DNA of 64,000 nucleotides from Candidatus Latescibacterota bacterium. GTDB taxonomy: Bacteria; Latescibacterota; UBA2968; GCA-2709665. Shown piece after piece: positions 1-10,078 of the stretch. Position numbers and translations under genes: made by a program. Under the pieces are notes generated by a model, which made no database searches, was not told the DNA's origin, and saw only the letters and a program-made list of their open reading frames with translations. How positions within the stretch are numbered: position 1 is the first letter of the stretch; each line of letters begins with the position of its first letter. The stretch spans positions 128,001-192,000 of the forward strand of contig CBDDDZ010000005.1 in assembly GCA_965226795.1 (NCBI GenBank), read 5' to 3'.

Positions 1-179
1 CATGGCAGGCACTCTTTCCGTTCCATCCAGAACGATCGCCGCGGCTTTGCGTGTATCCATCAGCGTACGCTGAACCTTCTGCCAGGGGGTCTCGCCTTTG
101 CATGCAACCGGCAAGACGAAAAAAAGCCCCAGGATTGCTAATCCGCGCCCGGTAGCCACCGTTCGCCTCCTTGTGACGC

Positions 180-1964
180 TTATTGGTGAGGATAGAGGTC
201 CAATGCCCTGTTCCAGGCGGCAATCCGCCCGGCTCGATCCGTGTCTGAAAATGGAATCGGTCGGCCGCGTCCATCCAGAATCAGGCCGGCCACGCCACCC
301 TTCACGGTCTGGCGAATCGTCTGACCCGGTCCCGCCCCGGCATTCCATCCCGACTCGGGATGCAGAGTGACGGCGGCCTCCTGGTCCGGGCCTACGTTAA
401 ACATTTGAAGCGCCCCGACAATAAGTTCCCCGGACACGGTGCTGTCGGAAAGGCCAATTTCGTACCTGGCGCAGACTTCTCCCGGTTTTCCCTCGCCGGC
501 AGGGGCAACGCAGGTGCCGAGGTCGACCAGGCAGTCCCGCTCGAATACCTCGGTTGCGGCCTGTTCATTGACACCTGCCAGGACACCCAGGTGGGGCATC
601 ATGAAGATGCTGTCAACGGCCAGTCTCGTGAACCCCTGGGGCTGGAAGGCGTCGATGAGCATGGCGGCCGACTGCGCGCGCCGGGGCGCGTGGGAAAGAA
701 CGCCACCGCTGCCCACCAGCAGGTCCAGGTCCGGCATGTGAATCAGACTCTCGCCCGCGCCGGTCTGGTCGAAAGCGTCGGAGAGGGTGCGTTCCGTCTG
801 TACGCCTTTAAGGCCGACAGCCAGGGCCCGGTGCTGCTCGAACGCAAGGCGCAGTGCCTCGCGGGCGATGGCCTGTTCGAGTTGCAGTTCCTCCAGAGTC
901 TGAGGGACGGTCGTCGGACGGATCATCTTGTTCTTGACGCGGTCTCTGAGGTCGGCCTCTTCGATTTCGAACGGTACCCAGCGCATCACGTTCGGCAGCC
1001 CGGCCGCGGCCAGCACGTTGGAGATGCTGTATGACATGCCCAGATTGGCGCTTACCGTACGGTTGAATCGATCGTCGAAGACACTGAAGACGTCGGTGGT
1101 CGCCCCGCCGATGTCCACACCCAGGACGTTGATGTTCCGTCGACGGGCCACGGCCTGAATAAGCAGGCCGACCGCGCCGGGCGTGGGCATAATGGGCGCC
1201 CCCGTCCATTCCATCAGTTTGCGGTACCCGGGCGCCTGAGCCATCACGTGTTCCAGGAAGAGGTCGTGGATGACCTGGCGTGCCGGCCCGAGGTTTTCGC
1301 GTTCGAGTCGCGGGCGGATATTGTCCGTGAGTTTCAGTGCGGTTTTTTCGCCCAGAACCTGCCGAACGTTCTCCCGGGCGTCTTTGTTTCCGGCATAGAT
1401 CACCGGCAGCCGGAAGCCGGCGCCGAACCTGGGTTTGGGATCCGCCGCGGCGATGAATTCGGCGAGTTCCACCACGTGGCTCACGGTACCGCCGTCGGTG
1501 CCGCCGGAGAGAAGCACCATGTCGGGCCTTAAATGGCGGATGCGTTCGATTTTCTGGTGCGGAAGGCGGCCGTCGTTGGATGCAAGGACATCCATCACGA
1601 TGGCTCCGGCGCCGAGGGCCGCTCGTTGGGCGCTTTCGCCTGTCATTGCCTGGACGACGCCGCCCACCATCATCTGGAGGCCGCCTCCGGCGCTGCTCGT
1701 GGACACGTAGATGTCAACGCCGCGGCCGCCTGCGGCGGGCGTAATAATGCGTTCGCCGTCCAGGATGGCGCGCCCGGAGAGTTCTTCGATTTCCTGGATG
1801 GCGTTGAGTACGCCCCGGGTGACGTCTTCAAAAGGAGCTTCGACCGTGGTGGGCGCCTCGCCGCGACAGGTCTGCCGGTAGCACTCCCCCTTTTTTTCGA
1901 TCAGGATGGCCTTGGTGGTCGTGCTGCCGCAGTCTGTGGCGATAATGACGTCCGGTTTATCCAT
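180..1964 (-). CDS. GlmL/MutL-like (glutamate mutase L family) ASKHA ATPase
   Basis: 594 aa; DCGSTTTK, SSAGGGL, GGTDGG, DIGGATTDVFS and RTVSANLGMSYS motifs typical of the GlmL family. Confidence 0.8.
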   Translation of the reverse strand: MDKPDVIIATDCGSTTTKAILIEKKGECYRQTCRGEAPTTVEAPFEDVTRGVLNAIQEIEELSGRAILDGERIITPAAGGRGVDIYVSTSSAGGGLQMMVGGVVQAMTGESAQRAALGAGAIVMDVLASNDGRLPHQKIERIRHLRPDMVLLSGGTDGGTVSHVVELAEFIAAADPKPRFGAGFRLPVIYAGNKDARENVRQVLGEKTALKLTDNIRPRLERENLGPARQVIHDLFLEHVMAQAPGYRKLMEWTGAPIMPTPGAVGLLIQAVARRRNINVLGVDIGGATTDVFSVFDDRFNRTVSANLGMSYSISNVLAAAGLPNVMRWVPFEIEEADLRDRVKNKMIRPTTVPQTLEELQLEQAIAREALRLAFEQHRALAVGLKGVQTERTLSDAFDQTGAGESLIHMPDLDLLVGSGGVLSHAPRRAQSAAMLIDAFQPQGFTRLAVDSIFMMPHLGVLAGVNEQAATEVFERDCLVDLGTCVAPAGEGKPGEVCARYEIGLSDSTVSGELIVGALQMFNVGPDQEAAVTLHPESGWNAGAGPGQTIRQTVKGGVAGLILDGRGRPIPFSDTDRAGRIAAWNRALDLYPHQ

Positions 1965-2304
1965 TCAGTCGGTTTTCCGACTCCACGAGAGAATCGATCA
2001 ACGTCTGCACACTCTGCCGTTTTTCGAGAAAACGCACAAATCGACCATATTCCACGCTTGAGAAGATAAGGGTGACAAAGGGTGAAAGAAAAGTCAAAAA
2101 CTGACTGCCTACGAAGTTGAACGGACGGCTGGCTTCCAGCACCATCAACGCTGGCGTGGTCATCTGCCGGCGAACCACGAATTCCGCCATTCTCGCCGCC
2201 AGAGCCCGCTCGTCCTGCGTGACGCGATCTTCAGGCGGATTGACGGCGAACGCGTGTTCGCACCAGGTTCTAAGGCGCTGCATCCGAGAGGCGGGTCTGG
2301 ACAT
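1957..2304 (-). CDS. hypothetical protein
   Basis: 115 aa ORF overlapping both neighbours in an operon-like arrangement. Confidence 0.6.
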   Translation of the reverse strand: MSRPASRMQRLRTWCEHAFAVNPPEDRVTQDERALAARMAEFVVRRQMTTPALMVLEASRPFNFVGSQFLTFLSPFVTLIFSSVEYGRFVRFLEKRQSVQTLIDSLVESENRLNG

Positions 2305-2710
2305 AGGCGATGACTTCGTCCCGATTGTCGTGAAGGCGCAAGAAACAGCCTCGAAACGGATCGAGCCGGTGTGGGCTGGCGAATGGGCTTAGAAAGACGC
2401 CGTCGGGCGCGACGGTATGACGGCGAATCCGGCTCCAGGGAATTGTCCGCCGCGCGCCCACGTGTGCAATCAGGATATGACTTTCCTGGAGCGCGTATCG
2501 CGTGGGGAGGAAGTAGCGGGACATTGAGGCCGTGAGCAGCACCGCCGACAGGAAACCGAATGCGGGCGCTTCGAATGCGATGGCAACGAGTATCGAGAGC
2601 CCCAGGATGGTGAGGATGAGCAGGGCCGTTTTCGCCGGCGGGTCATCCAGGAGGGGATGGACGGCCCAGCGGAGTTCGGAGGCCGTTCGGGGCGTCTTGG
2701 GTTTGTCCAT
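2270..2710 (-). CDS. hypothetical membrane protein (2 TM + bPH-like tail)
   Basis: two hydrophobic helices then a ...IPWSRI... soluble domain; start set at MDKPK. Confidence 0.6.
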   Translation of the reverse strand: MDKPKTPRTASELRWAVHPLLDDPPAKTALLILTILGLSILVAIAFEAPAFGFLSAVLLTASMSRYFLPTRYALQESHILIAHVGARRTIPWSRIRRHTVAPDGVFLSPFASPHRLDPFRGCFLRLHDNRDEVIAYVQTRLSDAAP

Positions 2711-2802
2711 GCGTTCGGTGAATCGAGGGCGTGGCAATGTGGGGACGGCCAGGTCAAATTCGCTAGCCGGCGGGAATGCGGAGCCGACGCCGTAAAGGGT
2801 TT

Positions 2803-3678
2803 TTAAATGATGCGTCGGACGATCCGGGGTTTCTGCGCCCGGTTTCCAAAGTTCCAGGCGTCCGTTCCGTACTTCGTCGCGATGAGACGTCCGACGTCGG
2901 CCTCCTCCTCCGGAGTCAACGACGCTTCAACCATTGCGATGTCGAGGGTTTTCTCAAAGCCTCCCCGCAGGGCACGCGCGACCGTGTCGAAGTCCGCGGG
3001 TCGACCGGCTTCCGTCAGGGAGATGGTGTGGCGGTCCAATTCCCGTCGAAAGCGCTCTTTCAGGGACTGTCTGCGGTCCGGCATGAGATCGATGAGCCGC
3101 TTGTGTTCCGGGCCCAGAAGCAGCGAGCCGTGTTGAAGCAGCACGTCGCCCAGGCGTCGCTGGGCGCTGCCGATAATTTTCTTGCTATCCAGCGTCACCT
3201 CGTACTGCGTGGTGCTCGAAAAACAGGGCGACGTCAGACCCTCTCCGCGCGGCGACGAAACGGGCGTGCGGCGTGGCTCGAACTCGGCGGCCACGTCGAG
3301 CAGTCGAAGGCCAGCAACCAGGCAGGCGCTGATGTTCCGGTAGGACTCCTGTATCGAGCCGCCCAGCAGGGGATCGTCGGCCCGGCACAGCACGCTGTAG
3401 GTAAGTTCGTTCCAGTGGAGTACGGCGCGTCCGCCGCTCGGACGGCGGACAAGGTGAATACCGCGCTCCAGGCATCGATCCGCGTCGACTTCGCGACCGA
3501 TCTTCTGGGCATAGCCGAAAGAGACGGCGGGCGGCGTCCAGCCGAATGTCCGGACCGTGGGCGGTGCGGTCCCCCTCTCAACGCCGCGGACAACGGCTTC
3601 GTCCACAGCCATATTGAAAAAGGCGTTTCCTGACCGGGTGTTCAGGAAACGCCATTGACGCGATCCGGTTTCCTGCAT
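2803..3678 (-). CDS. lipoate-protein ligase / octanoyltransferase (LipM-like)
   Basis: NMAVDEA, RRPSGGRAVLH, KKIIGSAQ, LQHGSL motifs. Confidence 0.88.
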   Translation of the reverse strand: MQETGSRQWRFLNTRSGNAFFNMAVDEAVVRGVERGTAPPTVRTFGWTPPAVSFGYAQKIGREVDADRCLERGIHLVRRPSGGRAVLHWNELTYSVLCRADDPLLGGSIQESYRNISACLVAGLRLLDVAAEFEPRRTPVSSPRGEGLTSPCFSSTTQYEVTLDSKKIIGSAQRRLGDVLLQHGSLLLGPEHKRLIDLMPDRRQSLKERFRRELDRHTISLTEAGRPADFDTVARALRGGFEKTLDIAMVEASLTPEEEADVGRLIATKYGTDAWNFGNRAQKPRIVRRII

Positions 3679-3681
3679 GGT

Positions 3682-4440
3682 TCAAGAAACCCCCAACTTC
3701 TCCAACGCCTCTTTTGCCGCCATCTGTTGTGCTTCTTTTTTGCTGCGGCCCTTTCCGAAGCCCATGCGTTCACCGCCGATAAGGACCTCAACACTGAACG
3801 TTTTGTGGTGATCCGGTCCCTCTTCCGAACTGACCAGGTAGCGGGGGTGTCCCCGCCCTTCGCCCTGAGTATGCTCCAGGAGGGCGCTTTTGAAGTTGAG
3901 GTAGCTGTCGTTGGCCACAATCGCCTCGATGTTGCAGAGGAGATGGCGCTCCACGAACGCGGCCGCGGCCTTGAGGCCGCCGTCGAGGTAAATTGCGCCG
4001 AGAATGGCCTCAAAGGCGTCGCCGATGATGGAGGTTCGGTCTCGTCCACCCGCCAGGTCCTCTTCCTTGCTAAGCAGGATGTGGTGTCCGAGCCCGATGG
4101 CACGGCCCCTCTGGGCGAGAATGACTTTGCTGACGAGTACCGATTTGATCTGGGTGAGGTCGCCTTCCCTTTTGTTCTGAAATTTGCGATACAGGCTCTC
4201 GGTGACCAGCAGATCCAGTACGGCGTCACCCAGAAACTCCAGCCGTTCGTTAGAGGCGATGCTCCCTTCGTCCATAGAGTAGACGTAGGAGCGGTGTTTG
4301 ATTGCCTGGACCAGGAGGTCGGGATCGGAAAAACGATATCCGAGTTTTTCCTGAAGTTGCTCCGGAGAGTGCGCTTCTCGTTCACCCGTGAGCCAGCGCA
4401 CGACCGCATGTCGTAATATGCCAAGTCCGATAAGCTTCAC
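3682..4440 (-). CDS. rnc: ribonuclease III
   Basis: NERLEFLGDAVL signature, DAFEAILGAIYLD, C-terminal dsRBD (GRSKKEAQQMAA); start uncertain. Confidence 0.95.
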   Translation of the reverse strand: MKLIGLGILRHAVVRWLTGEREAHSPEQLQEKLGYRFSDPDLLVQAIKHRSYVYSMDEGSIASNERLEFLGDAVLDLLVTESLYRKFQNKREGDLTQIKSVLVSKVILAQRGRAIGLGHHILLSKEEDLAGGRDRTSIIGDAFEAILGAIYLDGGLKAAAAFVERHLLCNIEAIVANDSYLNFKSALLEHTQGEGRGHPRYLVSSEEGPDHHKTFSVEVLIGGERMGFGKGRSKKEAQQMAAKEALEKLGVS

Positions 4441-4497
4441 CCTCCAGGGTGTGAAGGCTATTCCGGATCGCCAAAAACGGTGCCAAAACGAACTCGG

Positions 4498-4690
4498 CCA
4501 GGGTTCCGTGCCGGAAACAGATTGTCGAAATTCGGCAGACTGGCAATGGCAACGCACGCAACGAAAATTATATAGCCGGGCTCCTGAGCCTGTCGAAGGG
4601 TAGCGAAAGCGGGCATTTCGACAAGCTTCAGTACACGCAACGCATGCAATGACCACGCTTGAACAAGCTCAACGAACGACTCGACAGGCT
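4498..4690. repeat. partial MITE left end plus REP-like (CTGAGCCTGTCGAAG family) element
   Basis: ccggaaacagattgtcgaaattcggc resembles 55970-55997 and 38775-38809; 4583-4658 is the reverse complement of the repeat core at 18572 and 18954. Confidence 0.65.
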
Positions 4691-4737
4691 CGTTTCGACC
4701 CGGTATCGACCTTCGAGCGGTCCGGCGATTGTGTTTT

Positions 4738-5991
4738 TTACCGGCCGTCGTATTTGCGCATGGCGAGGACCGCATTGTGCCCACCGAATCCGAAGGAGTT
4801 GTTTAAAGCCACCCGGACCGGCATTTCACGGGCCGCGTTGGGAACGTAGTCGAGGTCGCACTCCGGGTCCGGATGTTCATAGTTGATGGTGGGGGGTACC
4901 CGGCCGTGATGGATGGCCAGGAGGCAGGCTATACTTTCAATTGCGCCGGACGCGCCCAGCAGGTGGCCCGTCATGGATTTGGTGGAACTGACCGCGGCGT
5001 GTTTCGCGTGATCTCCCAGGGCGGATTTAATGGCCGCGGTTTCGTTCCGGTCGCCAATCGGGGTCGAGGTACCGTGGGCATTGATATAGTCCACGTCCTC
5101 GGGGTTCAGGCCGGCCCGGTCCAGGGCGATTCTAATGGCCCGCGCGCCGCCCTCGCCGCCCGGGGCCATGTCGGTGACGTGATATGCGTCGGCAGTGAAC
5201 CCCGCGCCCGCGATCTCGGCGTAAATCCGGGCACCCCTGCGACGCGCGTGTTCCAGTTCTTCCAGTATGAGAGTGCCGGAGCCCTCGCCGAGTACGAATC
5301 CGTCGCGCTCCATGTCGAAGGGACGACTGGCCCGCTGCGGATCCTCGTTACGCGTGGACAGCGCCTTCATTGAAGCGAATCCTCCCACCGCCATTGCGCT
5401 TATGGCCGCTTCGGCGCCGCCGGTGACCATGACGTCGGCTTCGTTGTGCCGGATCTCTCTGAAGGCGCACCCGATGGCGTGCGCGGCCGAGGAACAGGCG
5501 GACACGGTGGCATAGTTCGGCCCCTTGGCGCCGAGCAGGATGGAAACCTGCCCCGACGTCATGTCCGGTATAATCATGGGGATGAAGAAGGGGCTGATCC
5601 GCCGGGCGCCCTTCTCCATGAGGACGGTGTGCTGCTCTTCAAAGGTCCAGATGCCGCCGATTCCCGAGCCGAAAACCACGCCTATCCGGTCGGGGTTCCC
5701 GGCGTTCACGTCCAGTTCCGCGTCCGTTACGGCCATCTGCGCGCTACAGATTGCATACTGCGTGCACAGGTCGTTACGCCGCGCCAGTCTGCGGTCGAGA
5801 CCGAACCGTTCCGCGTCGAAATCCTTCAATTCGGCTCCGAATGTGACCCGGAAATCCGTCGTATCGAAACGTCTGATGGGATCGACGCCGCTTTCTCCGT
5901 TGAGCAGCGCGTCCCAGTAGGCATCGGTATTCAATCCATTCGGCGCGAGGACGCCGAGGCCCGTAACCACAACCCTTCGGTTTCCGTTCAA
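4738..5991 (-). CDS. fabF: beta-ketoacyl-ACP synthase II
   Basis: SACSSA, INAHGTST, KSMTGHLLG, NSFGFGG motifs. Confidence 0.95.
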   Translation of the reverse strand: MNGNRRVVVTGLGVLAPNGLNTDAYWDALLNGESGVDPIRRFDTTDFRVTFGAELKDFDAERFGLDRRLARRNDLCTQYAICSAQMAVTDAELDVNAGNPDRIGVVFGSGIGGIWTFEEQHTVLMEKGARRISPFFIPMIIPDMTSGQVSILLGAKGPNYATVSACSSAAHAIGCAFREIRHNEADVMVTGGAEAAISAMAVGGFASMKALSTRNEDPQRASRPFDMERDGFVLGEGSGTLILEELEHARRRGARIYAEIAGAGFTADAYHVTDMAPGGEGGARAIRIALDRAGLNPEDVDYINAHGTSTPIGDRNETAAIKSALGDHAKHAAVSSTKSMTGHLLGASGAIESIACLLAIHHGRVPPTINYEHPDPECDLDYVPNAAREMPVRVALNNSFGFGGHNAVLAMRKYDGR

Positions 5992-6193
5992 GGGTACCTC
6001 CCCCCGAGTTTATGGTTCGAAGCGGCGCGGCATCCCGCACGACATCGATGCTTCCGCGCCGGCCGTAGGAATCCGGTTCTCAGGCGAGACTCGCGTCCGG
6101 ACCCGAGGGTCGACGCGAGTCTCGGGCAGTCCGGCGTTCCGGTCCCGAGCCGGATCGCCGCATCTCCGACCAAGGGGCTATCGGAGCGGCAGG

Positions 6194-6436
6194 TTATTCA
6201 TTCAGACGTTTTTTGAGATAATTCGTAACGTCGCTCACGGTCTCCAGCTTTTCGGCGTCTTCGTCGGGAACTTCCAAATCGAATTCCTCTTCGAAGGCCA
6301 TCACCAGTTCGACCGTGTCCAGCGAATCCGCGCCCAGGTCATCTATAAAATGGGCTTCCGGAGTGACGCTGTCCGCGTCCACGCCCAACTGGTCTACGAT
6401 GAGATCGACAACTTTTTGCTGAATATCTTCAGCCAT
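6194..6436 (-). CDS. acpP: acyl carrier protein
   Basis: [20 protein letters not shown]. Confidence 0.97.
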   Translation of the reverse strand: MAEDIQQKVVDLIVDQLGVDADSVTPEAHFIDDLGADSLDTVELVMAFEEEFDLEVPDEDAEKLETVSDVTNYLKKRLNE

Positions 6437-6534
6437 GGCAACCATCTCCCTTTTTTATGGCGAACGGCGGATCCCGGCGAGCGAATTGGCGCGACCCTCC
6501 GTTCACGTCTGTCGCCAGACGGTTCATGTTCGAC

Positions 6535-7281
6535 TTACATCACCATCCCGCCGTCCACAACCAGGACCTGCCCGGTGATATAGGCAGCGTCGCTCGAGGC
6601 CAGAAACGCGACCGCCGCCGCGATATCTTCGGGTTTCCCGGGCGCGCCCAGCGGAACCTGTTCAAGAATCTTCTGTTTGAGGTCTTCCGGGAGTTTATCC
6701 GTCATTTCGGTGGGTATATACCCTGGCGCGACCACGTTGGCGGTGATTCCCCTGCCGGCCAGTTCTTTGGCGGCGGTCTTGGTAAGGCCGATGAGCCCGG
6801 ATTTCGCCGCCGTGTACCCGGCCTGCCCGGGGTTTCCCACCAGCCCCGTTACTGATGAGATATTGATGATCCGCCCGGACCGCGCCCTTATCATCGGCCG
6901 CACGGCCGCCTGCATGCACAGAAACGCGCCCTTCAGATTGACGTCGAGAACGGCGTCCCAGTCGTCCGGTTTCAGTCGCATCAGCAGCCCGTCGCGGGTA
7001 ATTCCGGCGTTGTTGACCAGAACGTCCAGCCCTCCCCAGCGATCCAGAACGGTCTTGACAAAGTCCTTGACGTCAGCCGGGTTCGAAACGTCCGCCTGCA
7101 GGGCGAGCGCGCTGCCGCCGCGGCTCTCAATGGCTTCGGCGACCGCCTGCGCGCGGTCGAGGCTCCGGCTGGCGCACACCGCCACCTTTGCGCCTTCCTC
7201 CGCCAGGCGGTTGGCGATGGCCTCGCCGATGCCGCGGGATCCGCCCGTGACGATTGCGGTTTTGTCTTTGAGGCGATTCAT
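6535..7281 (-). CDS. fabG: 3-oxoacyl-ACP reductase
   Basis: TGGSRGIG, NNAGITRD, YTAAK; fab cluster context. Confidence 0.95.
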   Translation of the reverse strand: MNRLKDKTAIVTGGSRGIGEAIANRLAEEGAKVAVCASRSLDRAQAVAEAIESRGGSALALQADVSNPADVKDFVKTVLDRWGGLDVLVNNAGITRDGLLMRLKPDDWDAVLDVNLKGAFLCMQAAVRPMIRARSGRIINISSVTGLVGNPGQAGYTAAKSGLIGLTKTAAKELAGRGITANVVAPGYIPTEMTDKLPEDLKQKILEQVPLGAPGKPEDIAAAVAFLASSDAAYITGQVLVVDGGMVM

Positions 7282-8198
7282 ATCGTAAGACTTTCCAGGT
7301 CGTCGAGAGTTCCGACCGACGAGACGGTGACACGCTTTTCGATACGTCGCATCAGGGCTTTCAACGTATTTCCCGGACCGGCTTCAATTGCGCGTTCCAC
7401 GCCTTCCGAAGCAAGCCGATTCATCGAATCCGTCCATCGAACCGGCGAGACAACCTGTTTGATAAGAAGGTCTTTGAGCAAGTCCGGATCGGTGGTTGGT
7501 TCGGCCGTCGTGTTCGGCACCACCGGGATGCGAGCCGGCGAGAAGGGCACGTTTCCGAGTGCGCCTTCCAGCGTGCCCAGCGCGGATTGCATGAGGCCGG
7601 AGTGAAAAGCACCGCTGACCTGGAGTTCCAGAACCCTCCTGGCGCCTTCTTCCGATGCTTTGCGCATGGCCCGTTTCACGGCGGTGGGCTCGCCCGAAAT
7701 CACGACCTGCCCGGGGCAGTTGAAGTTGGCGGGCACGACCATGCCGTTGGGACCGAGCGTTTGGCAGAGGTTCACGACCGCCTCGTCGCTCAGACCGATG
7801 ATGGCCGCCATCGTACCAGGGTGCATCTTCCCCGCGGCATGCATGGCCCGCCCCCGGATCCCCACAATCCGGACGCCGTCTTCCAGAGACATCACCCCGG
7901 CGGCGACCAGCGCCGCCAGTTCGCCCACGCTGTGTCCGGCCACGAAATCGGGGTGGATGCCCCTGTCTTTGAGGATTTCAAATACCGAGATGCTGTGCGC
8001 GAAGATGGCCGGCTGAGTGACGGCCGTTTGTTTCAGGGATTCTTCCGGGCCGTCGAAACAGAATGTTTTCAGTCCGGTCTCGGAGATCCGGTCGGTCAGA
8101 TTGAACACGTACTGGGCGATCGGGGAGGCACTGTAAAGATCGCTGGCCATCCCTACGTATTGTGCGCCCTGGCCGGGGAATAAGAAGGCTAAGGCCAT
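7278..8198 (-). CDS. fabD: malonyl-CoA-ACP transacylase
   Basis: FPGQGAQ, GHSVGE, SGAFHS motifs. Confidence 0.95.
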   Translation of the reverse strand: MALAFLFPGQGAQYVGMASDLYSASPIAQYVFNLTDRISETGLKTFCFDGPEESLKQTAVTQPAIFAHSISVFEILKDRGIHPDFVAGHSVGELAALVAAGVMSLEDGVRIVGIRGRAMHAAGKMHPGTMAAIIGLSDEAVVNLCQTLGPNGMVVPANFNCPGQVVISGEPTAVKRAMRKASEEGARRVLELQVSGAFHSGLMQSALGTLEGALGNVPFSPARIPVVPNTTAEPTTDPDLLKDLLIKQVVSPVRWTDSMNRLASEGVERAIEAGPGNTLKALMRRIEKRVTVSSVGTLDDLESLTI

Positions 8199-8256
8199 AA
8201 AGGTCCAGGAACGTATTGGCTTGTGGTTTCCGGCCACCGGCTCAGGAATGACGGTT

Positions 8257-9252
8257 TCAGTACGCCCATTTCAGAAGGGCGCTTCCCCAGGTGTAGCCGG
8301 CCCCCGCGCTGGCCACTACGATGTAGTCGTCCCGCTTGACGCGGTTCTGTTCGACCGCTTCGGAAAGCGCGATGGGAATTGTGCCGCACGTCGTGTTAGC
8401 GTATCGATCGATGTTGATCAGCACGCGTTCCGGCGCCAGTTTCATTCGGCGGGCCGTGGCGTCGATGATTCGTTTATTCGCCTGGTGAGGCACGAGCAGG
8501 GCGATATCGTCGCCGCTTAGCCCGTTCCGTTCCAGCAGATCGACCGATACCGCAGCCATGCTGCTGCTGGCGAACTTGAGCACACGGGGCCCGTCCTGGT
8601 GAACGTAATGCATTTTTTCGTTCACGGTTTCGTGGCTGGCCGGACGCAGGCTGCCGCCGGCCGGCTGGCAGAGGTACTGGCCGCCCGATCCGTCCACCTT
8701 CAGGATAAAGTCCTGAATGCCGGCCCCGGTATCATCGGGTTCCAGAAGGACGGCCCCCGCACCGTCTCCGAACAGGATGCAGGTTTCCCGGTTGGTGTAG
8801 TCGACGACGGAACTCATTTTGTCGGCGCCGATGACCACCACTTTCCTGTGGGCTCCGCTCTCGACAAACTGCCCGCCGACGACAAGCGCGTACAGGAACC
8901 CGCAGCAGGCGGCGGAAAGGTCGAACCCCCACGCGTTTTCAGCCCCCACGTTGTGCTGCACGAGGCATGCCGTGGCGGGGTACATCATGTCGGGCGTCAC
9001 GGTTGCGACAATAATCAGGTCGATTTCGCTGGCATCCAGGCCTTTTTGTTCGAGCAGGGACTGCATCGCCCGGGTGGCCATGTGGGAGGCGCCCAGGCCG
9101 TCCTCGAGGATGCGCCGTTCTACAATACCCGTTCGCGATCGAATCCATTCGTCCGATGTATCCACCATCTGTTCCAGGTCGGCATTCGTCAGGCGGCGTT
9201 CGGGGAGAAAACGGGAGACGCCGGTGACGGAAGCATTGACTTTTTTATTCAT
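8257..9252 (-). CDS. fabH: beta-ketoacyl-ACP synthase III
   Basis: AACCGF, LFGDGAGA, PHQANKRI, YANT motifs. Confidence 0.95.
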   Translation of the reverse strand: MNKKVNASVTGVSRFLPERRLTNADLEQMVDTSDEWIRSRTGIVERRILEDGLGASHMATRAMQSLLEQKGLDASEIDLIIVATVTPDMMYPATACLVQHNVGAENAWGFDLSAACCGFLYALVVGGQFVESGAHRKVVVIGADKMSSVVDYTNRETCILFGDGAGAVLLEPDDTGAGIQDFILKVDGSGGQYLCQPAGGSLRPASHETVNEKMHYVHQDGPRVLKFASSSMAAVSVDLLERNGLSGDDIALLVPHQANKRIIDATARRMKLAPERVLINIDRYANTTCGTIPIALSEAVEQNRVKRDDYIVVASAGAGYTWGSALLKWAY

Positions 9253-9308
9253 AGGCAAGGATAACGATTCAGGGGATAACGAACGGGATGCACTGCCGGA
9301 TCCGGGAA

Positions 9309-9491
9309 TCAGACTTTTTCGCCTTCGGTCACTTCGCGGCCGTTGTATTGCCCGCAGTTGGCGCAGACCCGGTGAGGTCTGCGCGGCTGGCCGCAGTTGG
9401 GACAGTCGGCGAAAGCGGGCTTCGAGAGCTTCCAGTGGGTCCGCCGCTTGTTCCTTCGTGAATTGGAACTTCTGCGTTTCGGGTGCGCCAT
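9309..9491 (-). CDS. rpmF: 50S ribosomal protein L32
   Basis: MAHPKRR...CPNCG...HRVCANCG. Confidence 0.97.
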   Translation of the reverse strand: MAHPKRRSSNSRRNKRRTHWKLSKPAFADCPNCGQPRRPHRVCANCGQYNGREVTEGEKV

Positions 9492-9505
9492 TTTGATGTG
9501 CTCCT

Positions 9506-10018
9506 TCAGGATTGGTCTTTAAGGGCTCTCAGGGCTTCCCAGCGGGGGTCGATTCGGGTTGTCGTGCAGTTGCACTGCGTCAGGTTGAGGTTCTCCCCGC
9601 ACGTTGGACAAAGCCCCTCACACGACGTCTTGCACAGGGGATTCAACGGCATTTCGAGCAGGATATAGTCCTTGATTTCCTTGCCCAGGTCCACCTTGTC
9701 TCCGGATCTGTCCAGCCAGATCAGGGTTTCTTCATCATCATCCTTCATGGATTCCGGACGGTTTTTCTGGAAGACGAATTTGAAATCGGACGAGAGGGAG
9801 AACGAGACGGGTTCCAGGCATCGCACGCAATCGAGCCGAAGGTCGGCATGCGTCTTTCCGCTTGCCGAAATGGATTCACCGACCTTGACGAACTCGATGC
9901 GCGTTTTGATGGGACCCACGAATTGCAGATCCTCATCCTGGATATGTAACTCTTCGGGGGTCTCTTCCCAGTCGAGACTGGCCGTGCCCGCGTTGAGTTC
10001 GTTGAGTTTGACGATCAT
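9506..10018 (-). CDS. yceD: YceD/DUF177 family protein
   Basis: CVRCL and [13 protein letters not shown]...DPRW; directly upstream of rpmF. Confidence 0.92.
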   Translation of the reverse strand: MIVKLNELNAGTASLDWEETPEELHIQDEDLQFVGPIKTRIEFVKVGESISASGKTHADLRLDCVRCLEPVSFSLSSDFKFVFQKNRPESMKDDDEETLIWLDRSGDKVDLGKEIKDYILLEMPLNPLCKTSCEGLCPTCGENLNLTQCNCTTTRIDPRWEALRALKDQS

Positions 10019-10078
10019 TGAAAAGTATCCATCGGATTGGTATCGTGCCAGACTGCTGATGCTTGCTTACCAGGCGAA

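Noticed and set aside
1..103. Possible gene start on the - strand running off the left edge
   Set aside because: Too short to determine frame or product
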